NCBI GenBank assembly: GCA_036867785.1
Contig: CP145409.1
Span: 558,001 to 622,000 of the forward strand
DNA length: 64,000 bases
Reading direction: 5' to 3'
Source of the DNA: Plasmodiophora brassicae
Lineage: Eukaryota
A program made the position numbers and the translations under genes. Under the pieces are notes generated by a model. The model made no database searches and was not told the DNA's origin. It saw nothing but the letters and a program-made list of their open reading frames with translations. Below, piece after piece: positions 35,395 to 52,007 of this stretch. Each line of letters opens with the position of its first letter. Within the stretch, counting starts at the first letter, position 1.

Positions 35395-37617
35395 ATGTGG
35401 CGGCGGCGTCCACTGCTGAGTGAATCGCATTTTGTGCTTGCCGTCGTCAGGTGCAGCTTCGCGACGCTCATCAATGAAACGACGAACGTCGGGGCAGTGC
35501 TGCGGCGCTGGCAGGCGTCGCAGCCGAAGCGGTTAGCGATGGACCTGGCGACGCTGATGACGCACTGTCTCAGTAAGCAGACGAAGCGAGCGTCGCATGC
35601 GTCCGACCTGCATGCGGCCCTGTGGCGACTCAGCTGTATCGATGCGAATGAGATCCCGGTTCGCGCGTCCGCCACGATGCTGTCGTGTATTGCCAAATAC
35701 GATCGACGATATCGTTGCGAATTCGACCGCATTGTTCCGTTGCTGCTCGATTCCATTCGCGTCGGTGTTGACAAACCCGATTCTGGTTGTCGGCACTTGG
35801 CGAACAGCGCCCACTCCATCGTCGTATTGAACTGCGAAGGCGGCCGGCCAGTGCTGGATTTGATTGCGAACGCCGCCGAGCGTCGTATCGTTGAGTTCGA
35901 TGTGACGTCTCTTTCCACAATTGCCTGGGCGTACGTTACATCTGCGATTCCGTCCTCCGAACGTCTGCTACGTGCGATCGCCCGCGCCGCCGTACCGAAG
36001 TTGGCCGAATCGAACAGCCGTTCGCTGTCCACCTTAGCTTGGGCTTTTGCCAAGTCGGGGCTACGAGCCGATACCATGTTTCAAGCCATTGCCGAAGCGT
36101 CAGTGCCGAAACTGGACCAATTCAGCTGCCAATCGCTTTCCACCATGGTGTGGTCGTTTGCAACGCTGAACGTTCCCGCACCAAGGCTGTTCCAGGGTGT
36201 GGCTAATCTTGCTGCTCGCAAGCTGGACGATTTTTCATCCCTGCAGCTGTCGAATCTATTGTGGGCGTTCGTTCGCGCCAACGAACAAGACGAAATACTG
36301 CTCCACTCCATTTCTGTCGCTGTCACTGCCCGAATCCATGAATTCACGTACGTCAATCGTGTATAGATGGAAGGATTCGTTTGACATATCTGTTGGTGCA
36401 GGCCGCAGGGCCTGTACAGTGTTGCATGGGCATTTGCGCGGTATCCAAAGGAAACCTCTCCAGATGTCTTCATTGCCATTGCTGAGGCTGCTGAATCGAT
36501 GCTAGGTGACTTCGATAACCAACAGCTGTCCAATTTATTATGGGCGATAGCTTCTTCGGGCGTACGCGCCGACAACTTGTTCAAAAGGGCTCTGCCCCAT
36601 GTTTCTGCAAAACTGTCCCAGCTCAACTCCCGAGATGTATCCCAAGTGCTCTGGGCGTATGCCACAGTTGACCATCCAAAGCTAGCGCCACTCATCTATT
36701 CCGCGACACCACAGTTGATGCAACGTATCCCTGGTTTCAACATGATCGAAATTGCCATGGTTGCCAGGGCGCTGGGCATTGCTCACATCCGATCAGACGG
36801 GTTGTTCGCTGCCATTGCTCAAGCGATAACCGGTAAGCTAGACCAGTGCGATTCTGTTGGCTTCTGCCACATTATCCATGCCTTTGCCAAATGCGATCAT
36901 CACGTGGAATCGCTATTCAGTGAAGCCTCTGCGGTTGTGGAACGTCGATGCGATGACCTATCCGGTCTGCAACTCGTTACGCTGATGTATTCGTCTGTGC
37001 TAATCGGCCGTCCGCCTACTGAGCTCATCCATGTCACTCGACGACTTCCGCTGTTGCTTGCTAATAACCGCGATCGAAAGGTGCTTTCCATGCTGCACCT
37101 GTGGCGATTAAGCCTCGGCAAGGACGCTTTCGAGCGGCTGCTTTTGTCGAATCCGGCTCTAGTTGGTGTGTTCGATGTCGCCATGTCGGAATTCCGAACC
37201 CACGGTGGCGACTATCACAAGCAGAGCAAGACAGCCATATCGTGCGACGTCAGGCGTATTCTGAAGCAGACCAAATTCCACAAACACTTTATTCCATCGT
37301 TCCAATGTCGGCAAACAGGCTACTGCCTGAATTTCGCGTTCAACTGTTCGTACGCCTTGATCGGCATTGAAGTGAACGGCCGCCACCACTTCTACCCGGA
37401 CACGGAAACGCTGAAAACCCGGCAGCGTCTAAAGGAGCATATCCTCCGATGTCACCACTGGCATGTCATCAACGTCAACTTCTACGAATGGGACGCCCTT
37501 CCCACCGATGCTGACAAGGCCCAGTTCGTCACGGACAATATCACGCGGGTCCTGCATCGCGTCGGCGGCCAGTCACCCACCACCGACAGGACCCTCGCAG
37601 GGTTATTATCATTATGA
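35395..37617 (+). CDS. Helical-repeat (37-38 aa, HPR/OPR-like) RAP-domain protein, copy 1; intron 36348-36401
   Basis: About 10 repeats of the F..Q.LS...WAFA type; C-terminal GYCLNFA...IEVNGRHHF...LK..IL...W.VINVNFYEW; Arg-rich N-terminus. Confidence 0.85.
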
Positions 37618-37748
37618 TCCTATTTACATATCGAAGCGTTACACAGCGTCGGGCCGCCGTCGCCGCCCGCCCAGCAGGGCGTGGCTCGCGCGAAGCCGTA
37701 GCTGCAGTGTTGACGGTGTTTCTGGTTGCCCCCCATCGACGCTGAAAA

Positions 37749-39961
37749 ATGGTCGTTGGGGTCGTCGTCAGGAGGCATGCGTGGAAGCTGCACCCGGGCT
37801 GGGTCATTCGGCTATGTGGTGGCGTGGCGGCGGCGGCGGCGGCGGCGCGCCCGGCCCTGAAGCAGCGCCTCGATGCGGGTACGAACGTCATGTCGGTGCT
37901 GATGCGGCCGGCGGCGGTCGGGCCGCATCAGCTGGCGTTGCTGCTGGTGCATAGCCTCAGCAGGCAGACGGCGCGCCCAGGGCATATTGCGGATCTGAAC
38001 GAGTGGGTGTGGAGGTTGCACGCCGTCGACATCCGCGATATTTCGTTTCGTACGGCGTCGACGATTCTGTCGGGTCTGGCGAAGTACGATCAACGTTATC
38101 TTTCGACGTTCGAGTGCGTTCTTCCCATGTTGACGGAAGCGGTTCGAAATACAGCGTCTAGGCAGGATACCAAATGTAGGAACCTGGCGGCGGCTGCCCA
38201 TGCGCTCGCTCTCCTGAACTGCGATCCCGATCGGTCGGCCCTGAAGGCTCTGTCGAGCGCGTGCCAGCTCCGCATTGACGAATTCGAAACGAAGCACCTG
38301 TCTATTATCGCATGGGCATTTACGAAGCTGGAGTTTCGCGATGAACCCCTGTTCCAGGCAATCGCGCGCGCTTCCATCCCCCAAGTGGACTTGTTCAGCT
38401 GCCAGTCCATCTCCAACGTGGTTTGGGCGTACGCGAAGCTCCATATCGTCTGTCCGGATCTGCTTCAGGCGATCTGCGCATCGGTTCTCCCCAGGGTCAC
38501 AGAGTTGTCGTCCCAGGATCTGGCCAATCTGGCGTGGGGATTCGCTCGCTTGAACGCCCGGTCCGATCGACTGTTCCATGCTATTTCAGTAGCAGCGGTG
38601 TCCAGGATCGATTCGTTTCGGTGAGCAACTGACGGGATGTCTTCGGAGCGGACGATTTCTGACACGCGCGCAACAGGTCGCTGGAGCTTGCCAACATTGC
38701 ATGGGCGTTTGCTCGGTTTCCGGTCCAGAACAACGTTGCGTTGATTCCTGCCATCACCACGGCTGCTCTAGATGAGCTGGATGACTTCACCTGTCAGCAA
38801 CTGGGTCAGCTGGTATGGGCAACAGGGTTCACTCAAATACGAGCTGTACGTTTCTACGAGGTCGTGAAGAGTTTCGCCATGGCCAGATTGGATCAGTTCG
38901 CGGCCACCGACCTGTCCAACTTGCTGTGGGCGTATGGGTCAACGGCACAGATCGACGCCAGTGCCTTGTTTGATGCCGCTGCTCCTATCATCTCCTCTCG
39001 AGCTCACGAGTTTAAACCCACGACGGCGGCGAGCGTCATCTGGTCATATGCGCGTATCGAGCGCCCGTCTATGACCCTGTTCGCCACGTTTGCGGACCTG
39101 TTGTCTGGCAGGTTGCATGAGCTCGACGCCAAGACGCTCGCCAACATTGTATGGGCGTTCTCCAAATGCGGTTGTGGTCCTTCAGGTCTGTACGATGAAG
39201 CCGCCGCTATCATCAAGCAGAATCACTCTGGCAACCAGTTCACGCCCTTGCAACTTGTGACATGCATGTATTCGTTCGCCCTGGCTGACCGCCCGCCCAC
39301 TGAGCTCATCGATGTTGCTCCCCACATCTCGAGAGCATTCTCCAATGTCCATGACCGCCCCCTTCTCTCTATGCTGCACCTGTGGCGTATGTGCCTGCCG
39401 CAATCCGTCATCGAAACCCTTACCGCGTCGAATCCTGCACTGCAAGTCGTCTTCGACCGCGCCGTTGACGTGTTCCGCTCTCATGCTCCAGACCACACCA
39501 CAGCGTTGCATTTCGATGTCAGCCGGATTATCAAGATGTCGAGATTCGCCAGCTTTGCCATCGAATGGGCACACTGTGGTACCAGCGGATACCTCGTCAG
39601 TTTCGCGTTGAACCTCGGCTCTAGCCGACGTGTTGCTATCGAGGTCAACGGCCGTCAACACTACTTCCCTGCTAACGACACCCGTGAACGGACGCCAAAG
39701 CCTTCGTCGCGCTTGAAGAATCGGATCCTCGTCTCGTGCGGCTGGGAGCTCATCGACATCAACTATGACGAATGGGAATCTATGATCGCCGATGACAAGA
39801 AAATCGCTTTCATCAACGACAAGATCAAGAGCGCTCTGGGACGACACGCGCAAGTGAGCGTACAGCCTGCCCTCGAACGTACCGGCGCGGGCACAACCCA
39901 GGACCTCCACAGCGCCACATGTGCAGATCCTCCCGCCGATGTACTGTTCGAACATGAGTAA
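37749..39961 (+). CDS. Helical-repeat RAP-domain protein, tandem copy 2; intron 38621-38676
   Basis: About 9 repeats; GYLVSFA...VAIEVNGRQHYF...LKNRIL..CGWELIDINYDEW. Shares PPTELI and LSMLHLWR with copy 1. Confidence 0.85.
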
Positions 39962-39980
39962 ACTCATTTATGATTCGACG

Positions 39981-40002
39981 TGTGTGTGTGTGTGTGTGTG
40001 TG
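39981..40002. repeat. (TG)11 microsatellite
   Basis: Direct reading. Confidence 0.95.
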
Positions 40003-40099
40003 AACCGGGGGCTGGCGGTGATCGTGACGGGCAATGTTCTGCACTGGCCCATATAGACCATAGGGCATGCAGTCAGAGAGTGGGTGCGTCTCCAATGCA

Positions 40100-41250
40100 A
40101 TGGAGAGCTCGAGGGATACGTCTCTGGTTCAACTACTAACGACGCGTGTGTCGAGCCTCGAGTCGACCATCAAAGACCTCCGCTCGAAGTACAAGCGAAT
40201 GGAGGCGACGCGACCGACCGTCCCGGCGCCCAGCAATGACGAGATCCCGGTCGGCGACATCACCCGACTAAGGAACGATCTGGACGCCGCCGATGTGGAG
40301 ATCATGAGACTCCGCCAGGAGCGACGGGCCACACAGGAAAGGTACATGGCGCTGGAGCAATCGCATGCCGCCCTGCTGGAGCAGGCACGGCTCCTGGCCG
40401 CCCAGGTCGACAAGTTACAAACGGTCGCCGAATCCGACCGCCAGCGAATCCACGACCTGTCCGTGCTCGAAGGAGAATCGCAGGCGGCAATCGCAGCGGC
40501 CCACAGGAACGCTCAGGCCATGGCCGTTGAGCTCGAGAATGCCCAACGAGACGGCAAGCGCTACGCTCGCGAAGCGGAATCCCTGGCCCGGCAGGTCGAC
40601 ATGATGGAGAAACAGATCGGCGAATGCCATGACCAAATCCACCGGCTTCGATCGCAGCTGACGACCGCCGACGATGCCCTGATGGGCACCAGGGCGAGGC
40701 TGCTCGAGGCCCAGGACCACATCGTGCGCGTCAACAGTGAACTCTCACAGACACGGTCGCGGCTCCACGCCGCCATGGTCGAGCAAGGCCGACTCGCGTC
40801 GCAGGCCAACCTGAACCATTACGAGTTCGACCACGAGAAAGGAGCTGATGCAACGCGCATCACCCATCATGATCCTCGAAGTGAACCCGGGCAGGAGTGG
40901 GGCGGCAGCGGCGAGGACCCCCGACATTCGATCGGGCATCAGTCGCCGCCGGTCGGCCACAACCACGGCGGAGCGCTGGAGGAGGAGATCGCTGTCGTGC
41001 AGGCGATGCTGTCGAACTGTACGATGGAGCTGGGCATGCTGGAAAGCGAGCTGATGAAGCTGCCGACAACGTCGGGGAAGACCGTTGAGCAGCGGAAACG
41101 TAAATCCTGGGTCGAAGGGCGCATCCTCGAGCTGACGCGACAGGTACATCGGCTGTCCAATTGTCGGCTACCTGCAACTGACGAAGGATGCATTGGCAGA
41201 TTTCCGATCATCGACGCTTCCTCCGTGCGAACAATGCACTCCCAATGTAA
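40100..41250 (+). CDS. Coiled-coil protein with MPHOSPH9/enkurin-like C-terminus
   Basis: Long heptad region. After removing an intron at ~41144-41199 the C-terminus reads LESELMKLPTTSGKTVEQRKRKSWVEGRILELTRQ|ISDHRRFLR. Confidence 0.6.
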
Positions 41251-41272
41251 TGATATGGAAGCAGCCGCCCAG

Positions 41273-42863
41273 TTAGTCGGAATCGTCGCTATAGGATATC
41301 TGAACAGAGCGGGTGGCCAGACCGCCGACGCCGCCGACGAACCCGCCGCGAACCATCGACGTCCACTGAGTCGCATCGCCTTGGAAGCACCCGTCGTCGA
41401 GATAGCCCAGGCCTCGCTCAATCATCAACTTCGTTTGCCGGACACGACGGATTCGTAGGATGACGACAGCTATGGCTGCAAGGAGAACGAGGGTGCCTCC
41501 TGCGATGCCGACGATCACGCCGATCGGTGCGTGGCTTCCCGACGATAGAGCACCTCCAGCAGGATCCTCAGCCATTCGTTCGTTGGCGACGGTACTGGTC
41601 GGTTGTGTCCGCTTTCGTCCCAGCAGATATGATAATGATGGGACGGCCGATACACCAATCAGGAGCGATGCGATCGGAATGAGCCGGCGATAACGTGACG
41701 GTGGAGTTCTCACCGGCATTGGTACGAGAGGGACTTCGGCGTTGGAACGATGTAGTGCTCGGGAGCTTAATCGCGGCCCACGTTTGCGAAGTACGACCAG
41801 ATACCCGACACCCAGGGCAAGCGCCTACGCGTGCAACATATTAAGCAACTGGCATATGCATTGGTTCCTTGCGTTAGTCATACGGGCACAGTCCATCGAC
41901 GACGGGAGGTGATAGGGTGCGACGTGTTGCGGGTCGACGTGTTGCGGGTCGGCGAGTTGCTGGTCGACGTGTTGCGGGTCGGCGTGTTGCTGGTCGACGT
42001 GTTGCTGGTCGACGTGTTCCTGGTCGTCTCATTCGATTGAAGCGGTTGGGAGCAATTGGCAACAGATGCGGCAAATCGTGCCTGACGTCTCACTGCCCTT
42101 CGAACTTGGCCCGCCTTCCAGTCAGCCACCATTGTGGCATTGATAAACTCTGCAAGCTGAGGGGGGTGACAGGTCAACAGGTTTCATCTCAAATAATCGC
42201 CACGACACATGCACTGACCTCGCGAAGAGCGTCACCAGGACTGACTGACGATCCGGTGCGGTCCTGGAGACGTTTGTAGCTCTCCTTATAGGCGGTCACC
42301 CACAGCTGACGGCTCGTTTGAATGCTTCTGACATCGTCCGGGTTCAGGCTGAAGTACGACGCCAGGCGTTTCTTCATGTACGTCAAACGCCGGCCAGGGC
42401 CTGACCTCAGGCGCTGTCACACGTGTTAGTGGGCGGCGTAGTATCACGATGGCACTGACGGAACGGCTACATATCTGCCAGGAAAGTGGCGCTCAAGTAC
42501 GTCTTGTACAAGGGTGTCGACCTAATCGGCGACCACAATGTTACTGGTAGGTATTAGTCAAACCCGGGATGTAGACCCCACCATGCGAAAGATGCACCAC
42601 CGGCTATCCAACTTGCCGATAAAATCCGGGAAACGACATGCAATCGTCCATAGCATTGTGCGTTCAATGGTGTCCACCAGGCAGGCGACGAATTCGTGCG
42701 GGTGATCCGGCTCGACCACCAGGCCCATCTCGGCCGACTTCTCGATCAGACGCCGCGTCAGCAGCGCAGTCGTGCCCGTCAGGCCGGTTGCGTCGTCGGC
42801 CGCCGCCCACGCCGACCTTGTCGAAACGCCAGCCAGCAGCACCAGCACAATGGCGCTGAGCAT
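41273..42863 (-). CDS. Hypothetical secreted/membrane protein with Thr/Asn/Ser repeat, multi-exon
   Basis: Signal peptide MLSAIVLVLLAGVSTRSAWA; C-terminal TM IGVIVGIAGGTLVLLAAIAVVIL followed by RIRR; exons joinable by GT-AG introns. Confidence 0.6.
41920..42024. repeat. 15-bp coding tandem repeat, 7 units
   Basis: (cgacgtgttgcgggt)-like units; the minus strand encodes T(R/S)N(T/S)(S/P). Confidence 0.92.
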
Positions 42864-43173
42864 GGGCGATGTCACGACGGCCCCGTCCTCAGCCAGCCAC
42901 GGATGACAGTTCCCCGATTGGCGAATCATTCCGCCGATCGAGCTAATTTGGGAGCGCCGAGCTGTAACAACGCCAACTGGTAACCATTTATAAATGGTCA
43001 AAGTCCCGGGACGAATTGGCGGAACGCACTGCGCAGGAGAGGGCCGCCTGTCGGGTCTACATACGGTAGGTGAATATATGTTTTCGGGAAGAATTGCGAG
43101 CCGGCGGCAACTGACTGGGGGACGCGGCGCCCGATTGCTTTTTGGGGCGGGCCGGCGGGCGGGTTGCAGTCGG

Positions 43174-44780
43174 ATGCGGATTGCGTTTGTGCACCCGGAC
43201 CTGGGCATCGGCGGCGCCGAGCGCCTCGTCGTCGATGCCGCTGTCGGTCTGAAGAGGGTCGGCGGCCACGATGTAACGATCTATACGTCGCACCACGATC
43301 CTGGGCACGCGTTCGCCGAGACGTGCGATGGCGCGGTGGACGTTGTCGTCTACGGGGACTTTCTGCCGATCAGTCTCGGCGGGCGGTTCAAAATCGCATG
43401 CGCCCTGCTTAGATCTGTATATCTGGCGTGCAGAATTGTCTTACGAGGGCAGTGGCCAGACTTGGTGTTCTTCGATCAGGTTCGTCACATGGGGCCTTTG
43501 CCCTGGTGATCCATGTACTGACGATCGTGTTGCTAGATTTCTGGCTGCTCCCCAATCCTCTGGGTGATGGGCGTCCCTCTTGTATTCTATTGCCATTTCC
43601 CGGATTTGCTGTTATCCCAACGGACGTCTTTGCTGAAAGGACTCTATCGGATCCCCTTTGACCTCTTCGAGCAAGTCGGTTTGTCTACTGGCAGGAAAAG
43701 GGGTTCCACTAACTGAGGCATTGCAGGCCACAACGGCGTTGGCGGATCGAATTCTCGTCAATTCGAAGTTCACTAGAACCGTCTTTGCCGAAACGTTCAG
43801 GTTCATCCGCGTCGTTCCTGAAGTTCTGTACCCGGCAATCAACCTGGACAATTACGATAAGACGTTTGATCGAGAATCGTCCTCTGCTGAGCTGCCCTTA
43901 AGGTAGCACTCTTTGGATTGAATTTCGACAGGCGCATAATGTACACCCAGGTCATTTGACCAATCCAACGACATCGTATTCCTCTCCATCAATCGCTTCG
44001 AACGCAAGAAGGGAATTGAGCTCGCAATTGAAGCGTTTGCACTGCTGAGGACGTGTACCACGCCTTCGGCATTCTCTGCTGCCCATCTCGTCATTGCTGG
44101 GGGTTACGATCCTCGGGTCGTCGAAAACGTTGAATACGAACGTGAGCTGAAGGGCATTGCAGAACGCGAAGGGCTGCGCATATCCGATTTTCCTGACGTC
44201 TCCGGTCAAGTCGTATTTCTTCGGTCATTCAGTGAAGCCCAGCGAAGTTACCTGCTCAATCGCTGCGCCGCTGTTGTTTACACTCCTCAGAACGAGCACT
44301 TTGGTATCGTTCCAATTGAGGCGATGTATGCCAGGCGACCTGTAATCGCAGCCAACTCGGGAGGCCCGCTGGAATCCATCGTTGATGGGGAAACAGGAAC
44401 AGGTCGGGTCTACTCGGTACTGACCTGGCAATTCGAATACGTCGCATTGACTTCGCTCTGCTAGGGTTTCTTTGTAGGCCTGTTGCTTCTGAGTTTGCCG
44501 CGAAGATGAAATTCATACTGGAGCATCGAGGGTATGCATGGTCCGATTCCTTTTTCGGGATCGTAACCTGATATTCGTCTTCAGAGATGCGAACGCGATG
44601 GGTGCCCGAGGGCGGCAACATGTTATTGAGCGCTTTTCCTTGTCTGCCTTTTCAGAGAGATTGTCCCAAATTGTTGTCGACGCAGCTGTTGAGCATGCAT
44701 CCCGCTCCCGAGTGCCGTTTCTTCTTGGGTTGGGTTTGGTCCTGGTGGCAATCGTTGCAGGTCTTCGGTGGGCTCTATGA
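43174..44780 (+). CDS. ALG2: Alpha-1,3/1,6-mannosyltransferase ALG2, multi-exon
   Basis: MRIAFVHPDLGIGGAERLVVDAA, FYCHFPD, VNSKFT, LSINRFERKK, GGYDPRV.ENVEY, EHFGIVPIEAM, C-terminal TM. Confidence 0.95.
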
Positions 44781-44824
44781 GCATTAGGGTTCCTCTATCT
44801 TCTTATACACTATCTGGATTGCTC

Positions 44825-46115
44825 ATGAATGGTCTGGCAACGGTTGACCCAGCATGTTTCCTTGAAGATGACGATCAGAGGTCTGGCCATGTCTTGGGTA
44901 GGTTCCCCAGGGGCTCGCGAGATATCTTAACGGCCTTGCTAACGCAGCAATATCTACGCAGTGAACCGAAAGCGTTCATGGAGAATGTTTGGGCGCAGCT
45001 GCCTTCACCCTGCCTTCATGAAGGGCGGACCATTTCCTACCAACTAAGTAGGTGGAGGCTTGGGGCCGAGTGGACCTCACTGACAATGCGATGTACAGAC
45101 CGCTTTCGAAGCTTCGTTGCTCGATGTTTCTGTAAGGACGAGTTCCTCCAAGTCGTCGAACTTCACCGATCTGGTGTGCCGGAGGTCGCCAGCTCGTGGA
45201 GAACCGACTTTGCGTATATCATCGGCGGCCATGCTGAGTTCAGCAACGATGCCCCGGAGGCCATCGGGTCGTTTATCCTGAATCTGCTACAGGAGGAACA
45301 TGCGAACAATGTTGCTGTCTTGCTTACACAGTGGCGTGGAGTCGAGTCATTAACTCCGAGTAGGCGAGTCGAATTGGCACTCATGTCCTGTTGCCCAGTC
45401 CTTCAAGGTACACCTATGCGTCGTGGCCGGAAACACCGCGTAACCTTGCAGCAGATGTCCTTTTCGTGACCAAGACAATTACCGCTTCATCGGGTATTAC
45501 CAAGCCAGCGCCCGCCGCACTGAACAGCGCAAATCATGAGATCAAAGACGGTGTACCGGATGGTCCCTTGCAAGTCGCCCAGCAGGATTCAGGTAATGAC
45601 GGGACTACAGAAGCACCGAAGCTGGGCCCGCACAAGAAACGACCTCACACGGGTATCATGGCAACGTTTACCTTCACTGTACCCGTAATCACACTGGCTG
45701 CTGTCAGGCCCCTTAACGCTGCCATCGATCAACGCGTTGCGGCATGTCTCCCTCCCTGCTTTGTACCGGCTGTCACAACGGACCAAGGTGTCCCACTCGG
45801 TTCTTCAGGTGTTTGTAGTCCTGTCCATTATGCTGGGTGAACCTTCGGCGGATTGGTCTCAACTGAGGACACAAGTTGCCCATCCAAGATATATCGCGCG
45901 ATTGCTGAGCATCCCACCAGAGGCGATGCCGCGCCCAGAGATCGACCTGGTTCGCGAGATGGTCTGGAAAAGCGACCGATTGCGCCCGAACCATATTCGA
46001 AGGTGTGTCTCATTGCTCATGCTGCTGCATTCTGTGGCACTCTCATGGGGTGTGTAGGCAAAGCAAGGTGGCATTCGACCTCTTGTTGTGGATCAGGACT
46101 AAGGTTAAACGCTGA
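44825..46115 (+). CDS. Protein with degenerate IMPACT/YigZ (UPF0029)-like domain and C-terminal dynein microtubule-binding-domain-like module, 5 exons
   Basis: Spliced product has ...FAYIIGG..FSNDAPEAIGSFILNLL....NNVAVLLTQWRG..LTP (UPF0029-like) and ...LSIMLGEPSADWSQLR...R|QSKVAFDLLLWI (dynein MTBD-like). An alternative start lies at 44777. Confidence 0.65.
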
Positions 46116-46168
46116 CGTGTTTAGCATATATTATACGAGTATACACTATCATCAGCTTATTGCGTGCT

Positions 46169-46941
46169 TTAGTAATGCTTTATGTCGACATGGTTCTTGG
46201 CCAGGACGGCTCGCATGGCACGGTTCTTCATCTCCAAATCGGCAATCTTTCGGTGGACCTCCCTGATATTGGGTTGCGCCTCCCTGTGCGCAACGTCAAG
46301 CTGACGTATGTTCGCTTCGATGCTGGTCAGTTCTTTTCCCAGCGCGCGGACTAGGTCCTCGTCAAGCAGACGACGAAGTTCGTTTTCTTCTGAGGTCTGC
46401 TGCTTCTCGACATTCTTCAGATAGGCAATCTCCTCTTTCAGAAGGTCAATGCGCTTGCGCTGGTCTATAATTTCGCCTTCGGTATGCTGGTTCGAATCAA
46501 TTTCGTCTCTGTAAGCCAGCGTGTCAGACGGATGTCTTAATGCACACAAACGAGCCCGACCGACAGTCGCAAGCTCTTGCGCTGGTCCAGCGCTGATCTA
46601 TGAGCGACAGCGACCTCCTGGAAAACCGCGTCTCTCTCTTTGATCAACGCTGAGGAGCAAACAGTGAGAGCCATCCACCTTATATCTGATGCCGCGCTAC
46701 CTTGAACTTCTTGCTGAAGCCTGGCGCGTTCATCGGCAGCTTGAGACAGCTGTTGCTGCTTCGTCTCGACAAGCTTGTTGACAATATCACGACGAGCGTC
46801 CACCAGCCGTGACATATTGGTCAGCTTGCTCTCCAGCAGCCGATTCGCGTCAAGGAGCTGTTCGGCGGCCAGGACCAGGCCGCGATGCTCCTTGTCGCAT
46901 TGCGCCAGCTGTTTCTTCAGACCCCTAGTGGTGCTCGACAT
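46169..46941 (-). CDS. Hypothetical coiled-coil protein (3 exons)
   Basis: Heptad-rich ORFs 46537-46941 and 46169-46549 joined by short introns. Confidence 0.6.
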
Positions 46942-47201
46942 GACCCTAGCCCAGTACGATCAGAGCGCGCGTGCCCTGATGCTGACCCCATGCTGACACG
47001 CTGCGCCAGTCAAATATCTCCGGCTGGGCAGACTATCTCTGGGCACACCACCGCTCATCACGGCAGCCTTCAGGCCAATGCTGCTGCCGGACGACATTTT
47101 TGCCGGTAACCATCCACTGGTGAAGGCGTGGCATTTTTTGAATGTGTTGGAAAGTGACCCCGTGGTAAGTGGAATCGGTACGCCCTGTTACGGATTCTTC
47201 T

Positions 47202-51910
<4,709 letters not shown>

Positions 51911-52007
51911 AGTAAACACCTGTGATAATGACGTGGCGCGCCTTCTCGGTTAGGGCCGTATTCTATGGAGTACAGATGAATGCATAGTGTCCATGGATTC
52001 GCACCAT

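Noticed and set aside
41920-42024. CRISPR-like array
   Set aside because: Units are contiguous with no unique spacers, lie inside a eukaryotic gene, and no cas genes are present.
27810-44780. ALG13 and ALG2 as an N-glycosylation gene cluster
   Set aside because: They are 15 kb apart with unrelated genes between them; co-occurrence is compatible with chance.
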